Of a DNA stretch of 64,000 bases, positions 19,606-27,879 are shown piece after piece. The notes under the pieces were generated by a model. The model saw nothing but the letters and a program-made list of their open reading frames with translations. It was not told the origin of the DNA and searched no databases. This DNA is from Candidatus Algichlamydia australiensis (GTDB lineage: Bacteria; Chlamydiota; Chlamydiia; Chlamydiales; JAJFMI01): assembly GCA_033977065.1 (NCBI GenBank), contig JAXCHI010000002.1:26901-90900 (forward strand). The letters are read 5' to 3'. The translations under genes and the position numbers were made by a program. The first letter of the stretch is position 1, and every line of letters begins with the position of its first letter.

Positions 19606-20496
19606 TCAGTCAGGTGTCTCAAAAGAGCTGTTGCTAGTGATTGCATTGCCAACATTTTTTTTGTCGGGAATAAAAGAAGAGATAGCAAGCCCTGTAGTGT
19701 AAGCAAAAAAGAGACTTACAAGGATTCGATCGATGTGCGGTATTTTGCTGCAGTTGAAAACAAAAAAATTAAAGAGGAAATGTGAAAGGATCGGGCAAGC
19801 TAAGCTATCATAAGTTTCATACTGGATAGACATTGCATTTGCAAAAAGGATGATGATAAGGCATTGCGGTAAGGCGGTTGTTCTCTTATCCGCTTTATGA
19901 TTAAGAATATGAGCAAATCCAAAAACTAGAGAAGTGGTTAAGCAACGAAATGAAGGCGAGAGTAAATAAGAATCTTTTCCATAGCCTTCAGGGATTTTTT
20001 CTTTGAGGCTTTCTTGGAGATAGTGCAGGCCCCTTTGGAAAGTAAAACGGAAAATAACTTCTTCTGCAATTGCTATCATAACATAAGTGCTTATGCTTTT
20101 TGGTAATAGGTTACAGATGGGGTAAATTAGCTCTTTCAATCCATCATTAATTCGTATAAAAGAGGTGGTAGAATAAATGAGTGGTTGAAAATTATTAATC
20201 CGTTTATCAAGGCTCGATCCAATAATGAATTTTTTCACTGGAAGCGAAAAAATTGAGCACATTGTTAGATATTTTATTGATGACAGAAAAGAATAGCCCC
20301 CTTTTGCGTAAAAGGAGGTCGATTTTGCTTCTACTCGTTCTTTTTCAAGTTGTTTATTGCTTAAGGTATGGAAGATCGAGTTCCCAAAAACCACGCTCTT
20401 TAGACGCTCTATAGATTTTTCTTGAGAAGAGGGAAAAAGTGCTTCTGAACAGTTTTTTGCAATCTTTTGTAATTTTATTGAGGGGATTTCTAACAT
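19606..20496 (-). CDS. CPBP (Abi/CAAX) family intramembrane protease-like protein
   Basis: AEEVIFR, FGFAH and HFLFN motifs. Confidence 0.8.
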   Translation of the reverse strand: MLEIPSIKLQKIAKNCSEALFPSSQEKSIERLKSVVFGNSIFHTLSNKQLEKERVEAKSTSFYAKGGYSFLSSIKYLTMCSIFSLPVKKFIIGSSLDKRINNFQPLIYSTTSFIRINDGLKELIYPICNLLPKSISTYVMIAIAEEVIFRFTFQRGLHYLQESLKEKIPEGYGKDSYLLSPSFRCLTTSLVFGFAHILNHKADKRTTALPQCLIIILFANAMSIQYETYDSLACPILSHFLFNFFVFNCSKIPHIDRILVSLFFAYTTGLAISSFIPDKKNVGNAITSNSSFETPD

Positions 20497-20549
20497 CTTG
20501 CAAAAATTATATCAGAAGAAATCTTTAATTAAAATTGGTATTAAAAAAT

Positions 20550-20942
20550 TTATGAATACGCTTCAATCAGAGCGGAAGCTTGGTTGGCAACGCTTGTATC
20601 TTCGTTTTGGGAGAGGGCGCTAGCAGCTTGTAGAGCTTGGTCGCGGTAGCCGAGAGAGAAGAGCGTTTTGACGCGGTTGAGCTGGGTGGGTACGTGATTG
20701 GGATCAAGCTCTAAGGCGCGTTCCAAAGTTTTGAGGGCGGCCATGTTGTCTCCCATTTGGAGGTAAAGGGCGCCGAGAGTCTGATGATCATAGGCGCTAT
20801 CGGGATGGAGGACGATGAGCGCTTCAAAAAAGGTAAGGGCAATTTTGTACTGTCCCTCCTTTATATAAGAGTAGCCGACGTAGCGTATGTCTTCTAAATT
20901 CTCCTCGTTCCAGCCGAGTAGTTCCATCCAATTGCGCGTCAC
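20550..20942 (-). CDS. TPR protein, type III secretion chaperone-like (CT274-like)
   Basis: TPR repeats (YDHQTLGALYLQMG...ALELDPNH); synteny with dnaA and rsmH. Confidence 0.8.
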   Translation of the reverse strand: MTRNWMELLGWNEENLEDIRYVGYSYIKEGQYKIALTFFEALIVLHPDSAYDHQTLGALYLQMGDNMAALKTLERALELDPNHVPTQLNRVKTLFSLGYRDQALQAASALSQNEDTSVANQASALIEAYS

Positions 20943-20949
20943 AAAAATT

Positions 20950-21408
20950 TTATCCTTTTTTAAATTGGTTCATACTACCTGTGATATCACCTAAGACGGC
21001 TGTAAGGTTGCTTAAGGTGGAGAGGAAAGAGATGAGTTTCCCACTCTGCCTGTTCTCTGGCTCAGTTAGGTTTTGGAGCGATTCCAATTTTTCTTTATGA
21101 GAAGTCAACCGGTCACTATTTCCAAGCGAGGGAATAATGAAGTAACTGGTGAAGATTCCTCTCTGCCTAGTATAGCCTTTTGGGGGATAAAAATCAGGAA
21201 AGGGTTTATTGCGATTCGCAGATCCGGTCAAGACGCTCGATTGGGTCGGATAAGCGGGGGCGGTGACGTCAACTCTCGCTCGCCCTGCAATTTGAGGAGC
21301 TTCGCGTAGATTTACGCCTTCGCTCTCCATATCTTGTGCGCGTCGGGTGGAGGTTTCAACGGGCAGGTTATCAATTGTATTGTAATTGGTGAAATCTTCT
21401 GGAATCAT
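20950..21408 (-). CDS. Conserved chlamydial hypothetical protein (CT273-like)
   Basis: DFYPPKGY, IIPSLG, C-terminal QFKKG; synteny. Confidence 0.65.
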   Translation of the reverse strand: MIPEDFTNYNTIDNLPVETSTRRAQDMESEGVNLREAPQIAGRARVDVTAPAYPTQSSVLTGSANRNKPFPDFYPPKGYTRQRGIFTSYFIIPSLGNSDRLTSHKEKLESLQNLTEPENRQSGKLISFLSTLSNLTAVLGDITGSMNQFKKG

Positions 21409-21465
21409 GTGTTTATACTTTTTTCTTTAGATATAAAGTATTTTCTTTAGATTCGGCAGAAAAAG

Positions 21466-21615
21466 TTTTCCCACTTTTTCCCACATATCTATCTTCTTTT
21501 AAATGAAGGGTTTGTAAAGTTTATAAACGGGTTTATGAACGCTTTTGTCGACAGTTTGTGGGAAAATCATTTGCAAAATTGGGGTTTGATCGCTACCATG
21601 TGGAATTAAGTGGGA
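21466..21615 (+). promoter_or_regulatory. Putative MraZ-binding GTGG(G/A) boxes
   Basis: CCCAC at 21470 and 21480 (10-bp period); GTGGG 21558; GTGGA 21600; GTGGG 21610. Confidence 0.6.
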
Positions 21616-21620
21616 ATGAA

Positions 21621-22136
21621 ATGAATAATCAGCACTTTTTTAGTGGATCACATGAGTCTAAGCTCGACGAGAAGGGTCGCTTTGTTTTGCCGCAGGCAAT
21701 GCGTTACGGCTTGGTGGAAGAGGGCAAGCTAGAGTTTGTCATCGGTCTTGGCTTGGGCGGTTGTTTAGCGATCTATCGCAAAAGCGAAATCGCTTCTCTT
21801 GTTGAAAAGTTCCGTGCAAAGATGCACATTGCCAAGTTTCAGAAGTTTTTTACGATTTTCTTTTCTACGCTGCACCACACGACTTGCGATAAGGTTGGCC
21901 GTGTAGGTATTCCCCCGATTTTGAAAAAAGCGATCGGCTTTGATAAGGAGATCGTTGTCGCTGGAGTTCTCGATAAGATTGAGCTCTGGCCGAAAGAGAA
22001 ATATATGAGCGAGCTAGAAGATTTCCTAGGTGGTGAGAATCCACAGGAGCTCTTAAAAGATCTCTTGGATGAGTCGTTTGCTCAATTAAATGAGAAAGAA
22101 GATGCCCCGAAAGAAGAAGAACTCCTGCCCCTCTGA
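21621..22136 (+). CDS. mraZ: Division/cell-wall cluster transcriptional repressor MraZ
   Basis: FSGSHESKLDEKGRFVLP, DKVGRVGIP, GVLDKIELW; start at MNNQHFF. Confidence 0.92.
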   Translation: MNNQHFFSGSHESKLDEKGRFVLPQAMRYGLVEEGKLEFVIGLGLGGCLAIYRKSEIASLVEKFRAKMHIAKFQKFFTIFFSTLHHTTCDKVGRVGIPPILKKAIGFDKEIVVAGVLDKIELWPKEKYMSELEDFLGGENPQELLKDLLDESFAQLNEKEDAPKEEELLPL

Positions 22137-23042
22137 ACCTCATGTCTCAGTGTTAAGGCAAGAGTTTATTGATCTTTTTGCAGATCAAAAGATTGGGGTC
22201 TTCTTTGATGGGACACTAGGTGCAGGCGGTCATGCTGAGGCGCTTTTAGAAAATCATCCCGAGATCAAAACCTACATTGGCTGCGATCAGGACGATGAAG
22301 CGCTAAAAATTGCGATGGAGCGTTTAAAGCCGTTTGGAAAAAAAGTTGTGTTTATGAAGAGCAACTTTGCTGATATCGATGAGGTGCTAGGTGAGCTAAA
22401 CATCGATCAGGTCGACGGTTTTTTTTTGACCTAGGAGTCTCATCGATGCAGTTAGATGAAGGGGGGCGGGGGTTTAGCTTCCAAAAGGAAGGACCCCTCG
22501 ATATGCGTATGGATCAAACACTCAAGACAACAGCCGAGGAAGTAGTCAACCGCTACAACGAGAAAAAGCTTGGCGAAATTTTGCGAGATTATGGTGAAGA
22601 GCCTAAATGGCGTCTCTATGCCAAAGCAATTGTTGAGAGTCGTAAAAAGAAAAAGATCGCCTCGACTAAAGATCTTGCGGACATCATCTGCAATGCTGTG
22701 AATGGTGTGCGCAGACGTTTGCATCCTGCAACTTTAGTCTTTCAAGGGTTGCGTCTCTTCGTCAATAAAGAGCTTGAGTCTGCAGAAGAGGGTTTGAAAA
22801 AAGCGATGGAATTTATGGCACCAGGTGGGACGATGGGGGTAATTAGCTTCCACAGCTTAGAAGATCGCATTGTAAAAAATCTTTTTCGAGATGCGGCAAA
22901 ACCGCTTGATAAAATGAAAGGAGCGGTGGCGCCTTTTGAAAATTTAACTAAGAAACCGATTGTACCGACGCGATCAGAGATTCTTGCGAATCCGCGCTCG
23001 CGCAGCGCAAAACTCCGCGCACTGATGAAAAATGCTTTATAA
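22090..23042 (+). CDS. rsmH: 16S rRNA m4C1402 methyltransferase, split by a frameshift at a T9 run
   Basis: HVSVL and DGTLGAGGHA in one frame; DLGVSSMQLD, GPLDMRMD, ISFHSLEDR, NPRSRSAKLR in the -1 frame; T9 at 22419-22427. Confidence 0.9.
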
Positions 23043-23376
23043 GAAACTCTCTTTAATTCTGCTAGGTCTTTTCCTCCTCTCTGGGATGGTCGCCTCCTAT
23101 TTGATTAAGCAGAATGAAGTGACAGCAGCACGTGTAGAAATTCCTAAAATTTCTAAAGAGATCAAGCAGTTAAAAGAAGAGTTGCGTAGCATGCAGTATG
23201 AGGTAGACGTCTTAGAAAACCCAGAGCGTCTTCTTGAACTTGCCAGACAGAGTGAATATAGCCATTTGAAATTCCCGCAAGATTGTCATATCGTAAAAGC
23301 TAATGAAACGCCGTTGGAACCTGAAACAGCCACAGTCCCTGTCAAAAACCCACTCGTTGTCGGGTCAATACAGTAG
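23032..23376 (+). CDS. ftsL: FtsL-like cell division protein
   Basis: TM plus coiled coil, ENPERLLELA; located between rsmH and ftsI. Confidence 0.7.
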   Translation: MLYKKLSLILLGLFLLSGMVASYLIKQNEVTAARVEIPKISKEIKQLKEELRSMQYEVDVLENPERLLELARQSEYSHLKFPQDCHIVKANETPLEPETATVPVKNPLVVGSIQ

Positions 23377-25288
23377 AGCTCGCCGCCTCATCATTGTTGC
23401 GCTCTGCTTAGCTTTTTTTTTCTCTCTTCTCATCATCCGTTTTTTTCAAATCCAAATTATTGAGGGAGAGAAGTGGTGCCGGATTGCCAAATCGCAGCAT
23501 CAGCTCAAAGTCACTATCCCTGCTAAACGCGGACGCTTCTTTGCGATGTCACGACAAAAAGGACATCCCAATGAGTGGATTCCTCTTGTTGTTGATGTGG
23601 AAAAGTTCCATTTTTATGTGGATCCTCTTGCCATTCCTCGAGGTTATTGTGAAGAGATTGCACGGCATGTGGCAGAGATGATGGAGTATGATCGCAAAGG
23701 AGAGGAGAGAATTATACGCGAGCTTACAAAACTCTCCCGCTCTCGAAAAATCGAAGGGTTTATTCCAATTGAGAAGAAGGAGCGAATTGCTAGCTGGTGG
23801 AAGGGGTTTGCAAAAGAGAATCGGTTGCCGCGTAATGCACTCTATTTTATCGAAGATCGTGAACGCTCCTATCCTTACGGCAAGTTAATGGGGCAAATCT
23901 TGCATACGGTCACGCGCGGCATTGATGAAAAACTCCCGACAGGAGGTTTAGAACTCTTTTTTGATCGGGATCTTAAAGGGAAAGATGGTTCAAGGCTTTT
24001 GCTGCGCTCTCCCCGCCATCCGATGGAGACAGGTGTTGTGTTCGAGGAGGCGCAAGATGGGAAAGATTTTTATCTCACGATCGATCCGACTATCCAAGCC
24101 ATAGCAGAAGATGAAGTGGAGAGGGCAGTCAAAAAGACGCGTGCAAAAGGTGGGTGGGCATTAATGATGGATCCGCATACTGGTGAGATCATGGCATATG
24201 CACAATACCCTTTCTTTTACCCTGCAAAATATAACGAATATTTTAATGATCAGGAGCAAATGGATGCGACCCGTATTCATGCTATTTCTGATTGCTATGA
24301 GCCAGGGTCCACTGTGAAAATGATCACTTCGGCTATCATTCTTTTTGCTAATGAGGAGATGAAGGCAAGAGGAAAAAAGCCGATTTTTGATCCTGATGAG
24401 ATGATCCCTTGCGATCGACGCTATTTTAAAGGAAGAAGTAAGCCTCTTAAAGATGTGCGTACGCACCGGTTTTTAAACTTCGACCTCGCAATTCAAAAAT
24501 CTTCTAATGTCTATTTGGGGCAAATAGTAGAGAAAATTATTGATCATTTGGGAGAAGAGTGGTTGCGCGAAAAAATGATCACCTGCTTTGGTTTAGGTCA
24601 AAAAAGTGGAATTGAACTGCCTTCAGAGTCACCAGGGTTTATTCCGAAACCGGGACGACTCTATCCCTCAGGACATCCTGAGTGGTCAGGTCCTACGCCC
24701 TACTCTCTCATGATGGGATATAATTTGATGACAAGTGGAGTCCAAATGGTGCGGGCGTTTGCGATGATTGCAAATGGAGGAAGGCTTGTGAATCCTACGC
24801 TCCTTAAAAAAGAGAAAACAGAGGAGCTTACCCCTAAAATCCCCCCTCATATTTTTGAAAAACTCCGCTATTCATTAAAATTCGTGACAAAACCTGGTGG
24901 TTCAAGTTCGCGCGCAGATATTCAAGGATACACCGAGTTAGGAAAGTCAAGTACAAGGGAAAAATTAAAAGGAGGCAAATATTCAAAGCGAATGCATATG
25001 GCTTCTTTTTTGGGATGTGCACCTGCAAACAATCCACGTTTTGTATTAATGGTTTGCATTGATGAGCCAGAGTATCGCCACATACCGGGCTATGGTTTTG
25101 TCCATTACGGAGGAAAGAGCGCAGCACCAGTATTTAAAAAAATTGGTCAGCGTACTCTGCAATATTTAGGTGTTGCACCTGACGATCCAACAGGATATCC
25201 TAAGGGCGATCCGCGCTCTGATTTTAATCGAGCAGACTGGATGAAAGAGACAAGAGAATTAAAAAAACTCTACGACAGCTACAACTAA
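23303..25288 (+). CDS. ftsI: Penicillin-binding protein 3 (transpeptidase)
   Basis: AKRGRF, RSYPYG, YEPGSTVK (SxxK), KSSNV (SxN), GKSST (KS/TG variant). Start uncertain. Confidence 0.92.
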   Translation: MKRRWNLKQPQSLSKTHSLSGQYSRARRLIIVALCLAFFFSLLIIRFFQIQIIEGEKWCRIAKSQHQLKVTIPAKRGRFFAMSRQKGHPNEWIPLVVDVEKFHFYVDPLAIPRGYCEEIARHVAEMMEYDRKGEERIIRELTKLSRSRKIEGFIPIEKKERIASWWKGFAKENRLPRNALYFIEDRERSYPYGKLMGQILHTVTRGIDEKLPTGGLELFFDRDLKGKDGSRLLLRSPRHPMETGVVFEEAQDGKDFYLTIDPTIQAIAEDEVERAVKKTRAKGGWALMMDPHTGEIMAYAQYPFFYPAKYNEYFNDQEQMDATRIHAISDCYEPGSTVKMITSAIILFANEEMKARGKKPIFDPDEMIPCDRRYFKGRSKPLKDVRTHRFLNFDLAIQKSSNVYLGQIVEKIIDHLGEEWLREKMITCFGLGQKSGIELPSESPGFIPKPGRLYPSGHPEWSGPTPYSLMMGYNLMTSGVQMVRAFAMIANGGRLVNPTLLKKEKTEELTPKIPPHIFEKLRYSLKFVTKPGGSSSRADIQGYTELGKSSTREKLKGGKYSKRMHMASFLGCAPANNPRFVLMVCIDEPEYRHIPGYGFVHYGGKSAAPVFKKIGQRTLQYLGVAPDDPTGYPKGDPRSDFNRADWMKETRELKKLYDSYN

Positions 25289-26742
25289 TGAAGTTAAAAA
25301 AACTGTTTAAAGGGATCCCAAAGGTTAGCATTAAAGGGGCTAAAGAGGTAGAGATCAGTGGCATCTCTGTTCACTCAAAGCTTGTGAAGCCAGGCAACCT
25401 TTTCATTGCAAAGCGAGGCGTTTCAGATGATGGCGCGCGCTACATTGATGAAGCCGTTGTTGCAGGAGCAAAAGCTGTTCTTACAGACATTTACGATCCC
25501 TTTTTATCCGGAGTAACGCAAGTCATTCATCCTGATCCAGCCTCTATTGAGGCGCAGGTAGCTACAATCTATTACGATGATCCCTCCCTACATCTGTTTA
25601 CGGTTGGAATTACAGGAACCAATGGAAAAACAACGACAAGCTACTTAGTTAAACACCTACTTGATGCGGAAGGGGAGTTTTGCGGTTTGCTTGGGACAAT
25701 TGAATATATCATAGGCAAAAAGCACCTGCCTGCTCCCTTAACTACTCCCGATAATATTACTCTGCAAAGTCTTTTATCGGAGATTCGCTCACGTCGCTAC
25801 GCTTCTGCTGTTATGGAGGTCTCTTCGCACGGGTTAAAGCAGGGGCGTGTTGACGGGATCGATTTTGATGTCGCGATTTTTACAAACATCTCTCGTGATC
25901 ATCTCGACTATCATCAAAATTTTGAGGATTATTTTCATGCTAAGAGCAAACTGTTCCGAGATCTTTCTCCCCAAAAAACAGCAATTATCAATATTGATGA
26001 CTCTGCAGCGCAAAAAATTCGAGTACTTACCAAAGCAAAAATTTTGACGTATGGAATTGAAAATTGCGCAGACCTGCAGGCCTCAGAAATCACATTTAGA
26101 GAAAAATATATGAGCTTTTGTGTGACCTTTGAAGGCGAGAAGGCTCATGTGAAAACTTTATTGATGGGGCGATTTAATATTTATAATATCTTGGCAGCTA
26201 TTGCTGTTGGGCTTACTCGAAATATTCCTCTTATTGAGTGTGCTGCTGCGGTCTCAACATTTAAATTTGTTCGAGGTCGGTTAGAACCAGTAAAAAATAG
26301 CAGAGGAATTTCGATTTATATCGACTTTGCCCATTCTGATGATGCCCTGAAAAATGTTTTAAAAACCCTTCGGGAGTGTAAAAAAGGAAAAATCATCACA
26401 GTTTTTGGTTGTGGAGGAATGCGCGATAGGACAAAGAGGCCTAAAATGGCACAAGTAGCAGAAAAAGAGTCTGATTATACCATTGTAACGTCAGATAATC
26501 CTCGTGGGGAGGACCCTCTTGCCATTTGTTTAGAGATCGCAAAAGGGTTTGCATCAAAAAAGAGTTACTGTGTAGAAGTAGATCGCAAAACGGCAATTGA
26601 GAGAGCGATTCAGATGGCTCAGAAGGTGGATGTAGTTCTTATAGCAGGGAAAGGGCATGAGAATACACAGATTTTGGATCATAAAACTATCGAATTTGAT
26701 GACAAAGAGGTTGCGCGATCAGCCCTAAAAAATTTACACTAG
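25288..26742 (+). CDS. murE: UDP-MurNAc-dipeptide:meso-DAP ligase
   Basis: GITGTNGKTT, MEVSSHGL, DHLDYH, DFAH, TSDNPR, AGKGHE. Confidence 0.96.
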   Translation: MKLKKLFKGIPKVSIKGAKEVEISGISVHSKLVKPGNLFIAKRGVSDDGARYIDEAVVAGAKAVLTDIYDPFLSGVTQVIHPDPASIEAQVATIYYDDPSLHLFTVGITGTNGKTTTSYLVKHLLDAEGEFCGLLGTIEYIIGKKHLPAPLTTPDNITLQSLLSEIRSRRYASAVMEVSSHGLKQGRVDGIDFDVAIFTNISRDHLDYHQNFEDYFHAKSKLFRDLSPQKTAIINIDDSAAQKIRVLTKAKILTYGIENCADLQASEITFREKYMSFCVTFEGEKAHVKTLLMGRFNIYNILAAIAVGLTRNIPLIECAAAVSTFKFVRGRLEPVKNSRGISIYIDFAHSDDALKNVLKTLRECKKGKIITVFGCGGMRDRTKRPKMAQVAEKESDYTIVTSDNPRGEDPLAICLEIAKGFASKKSYCVEVDRKTAIERAIQMAQKVDVVLIAGKGHENTQILDHKTIEFDDKEVARSALKNLH

Positions 26743-26747
26743 CGAAT

Positions 26748-27437
26748 ATGCTTGCAAAGCGATTTTTTCTCTGTGCCCTGTTGATTCTCTCTGCCTCGTG
26801 TGCGAATGCACGTCGTACCAACTCAAATCCCAAAGTAAAAAGTTCTGTTTCAAAGGCAGCTCCGAGACCCCCAATTTCAAAAAAACCAGCTCCGCTCATT
26901 ATAATTGATGCGGGTCATGGTGGTTTTGATAATGGCGCGAGTTGCGGAGGACTCCTGGAAAAAATCTCTGCCCTTCGGACAGCAAAACTTGTGCAGACTC
27001 ATCTGATAAAAAAAGGGTATCGTGTCAAGATGACGCGAACGAAAGATGAATTTATTCCCTTAGCAAAGCGAGCGCAAATTGCCAATCAAGCTAAGGCGCG
27101 TCTCTTTGTCAGCATCCACTACAACGCAGCAAAAAGTGCTGAAGCCAAAGGGATCGAAGTTTACTATTACAACTCCAAAGAGCCGTGGCGTCTCAACGGT
27201 TCAAAAAAGCTAGCTACCTGTGTTTTGCACCGCCTCATAGCCCGCACGGGCGCTCGCTCGCGCGGCGTGAAAACGGGCAATTTCCATGTGATACGCGAAA
27301 CGGACATGCCATCGATCCTTGTCGAAGGCGGATTTGTCACCAACAAAAACGAGAGATCGCTCCTCAAAGAATACCGCTATCTTGACCGTATTGCTCTATC
27401 CGTCGCGGAAGGCGTAGATCGTTACTTCAAAAGCTAA
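26748..27437 (+). CDS. amiA: N-acetylmuramoyl-L-alanine amidase
   Basis: IDAGHGG, FVSIHYNA, ILVEGGFVTN. Confidence 0.92.
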   Translation: MLAKRFFLCALLILSASCANARRTNSNPKVKSSVSKAAPRPPISKKPAPLIIIDAGHGGFDNGASCGGLLEKISALRTAKLVQTHLIKKGYRVKMTRTKDEFIPLAKRAQIANQAKARLFVSIHYNAAKSAEAKGIEVYYYNSKEPWRLNGSKKLATCVLHRLIARTGARSRGVKTGNFHVIRETDMPSILVEGGFVTNKNERSLLKEYRYLDRIALSVAEGVDRYFKS

Positions 27438-27483
27438 TAGAAATTGCAGTCGGGGCTAAAGCCCCTGCTGCCCCTTCGGCTTC

Positions 27484-27578
27484 ATCTTGCTGTGCCAAAT
27501 AAAATTTCTGCTATTGCGCCGTACGCAGTACTGTCACAACAGCAGAAATTTCATTTTGCTTTGCGATATGAACCCGCG
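27484..27578 (+). repeat. Structured palindromic element, copy A (candidate ncRNA or MITE-like)
   Basis: Long imperfect hairpin (AAATTTCTGCT/AGCAGAAATTT) homologous to 57450-57546. Confidence 0.7.
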
Positions 27579-27636
27579 GTTCCGCTTCGCGCTTTAATCG
27601 TTAGTTTTGTTAGAATGCTCATGCGAGGAGTGATCT

Positions 27637-27879
27637 ATGAGAAAAATTTTATTGATTTTGCCAGTCGTGAGTGCGCTTTGTGTTGCAGAAGCAAAAGTAA
27701 TCTCACATAAAGAACAACTTGCTTTTGAAGCTCCTTGCACAGTTATCTGTCCTGCAAATGTTCCGCATGAATTTTTTAATACAGGAGATGTGCCAACAGA
27801 TGCCATTGCCATCTTAGGAATTGACTCGAAGATCATCGATCAAAACGAAATTGTGATGGAGCTCCCTTGGCGCCATTAA
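27637..27879 (+). CDS. Small putative secreted protein
   Basis: RBS GAGGAG; signal peptide MRKILLILPVVSALCVAEA. Confidence 0.6.
   Translation: MRKILLILPVVSALCVAEAKVISHKEQLAFEAPCTVICPANVPHEFFNTGDVPTDAIAILGIDSKIIDQNEIVMELPWRH

Larger units (their letters stand above)
17855..19637 (+). pseudogene. Small hypothetical gene interrupted by IS256
   Basis: Removing the IS and one TSD copy gives a continuous frame (...YLRACLRLFLYQIKVKIG...SCC*) of about 121 aa ending at TAG 19635-19637. Confidence 0.6.

Noticed and set aside
20497-20549. Shared TTAAAG-N10/11-TATA(A/G)T motif upstream of accessory genes (also near 14415-14436)
   Set aside because: Spacing is inconsistent and the context is very AT-rich, so chance cannot be excluded.
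27444-27710. 88-aa ORF, and the 57496-57765 ORF sharing FALR(Y/H)EP
   Set aside because: The shared peptide is a by-product of the repeated hairpin element, and both ORFs overlap better-supported genes.
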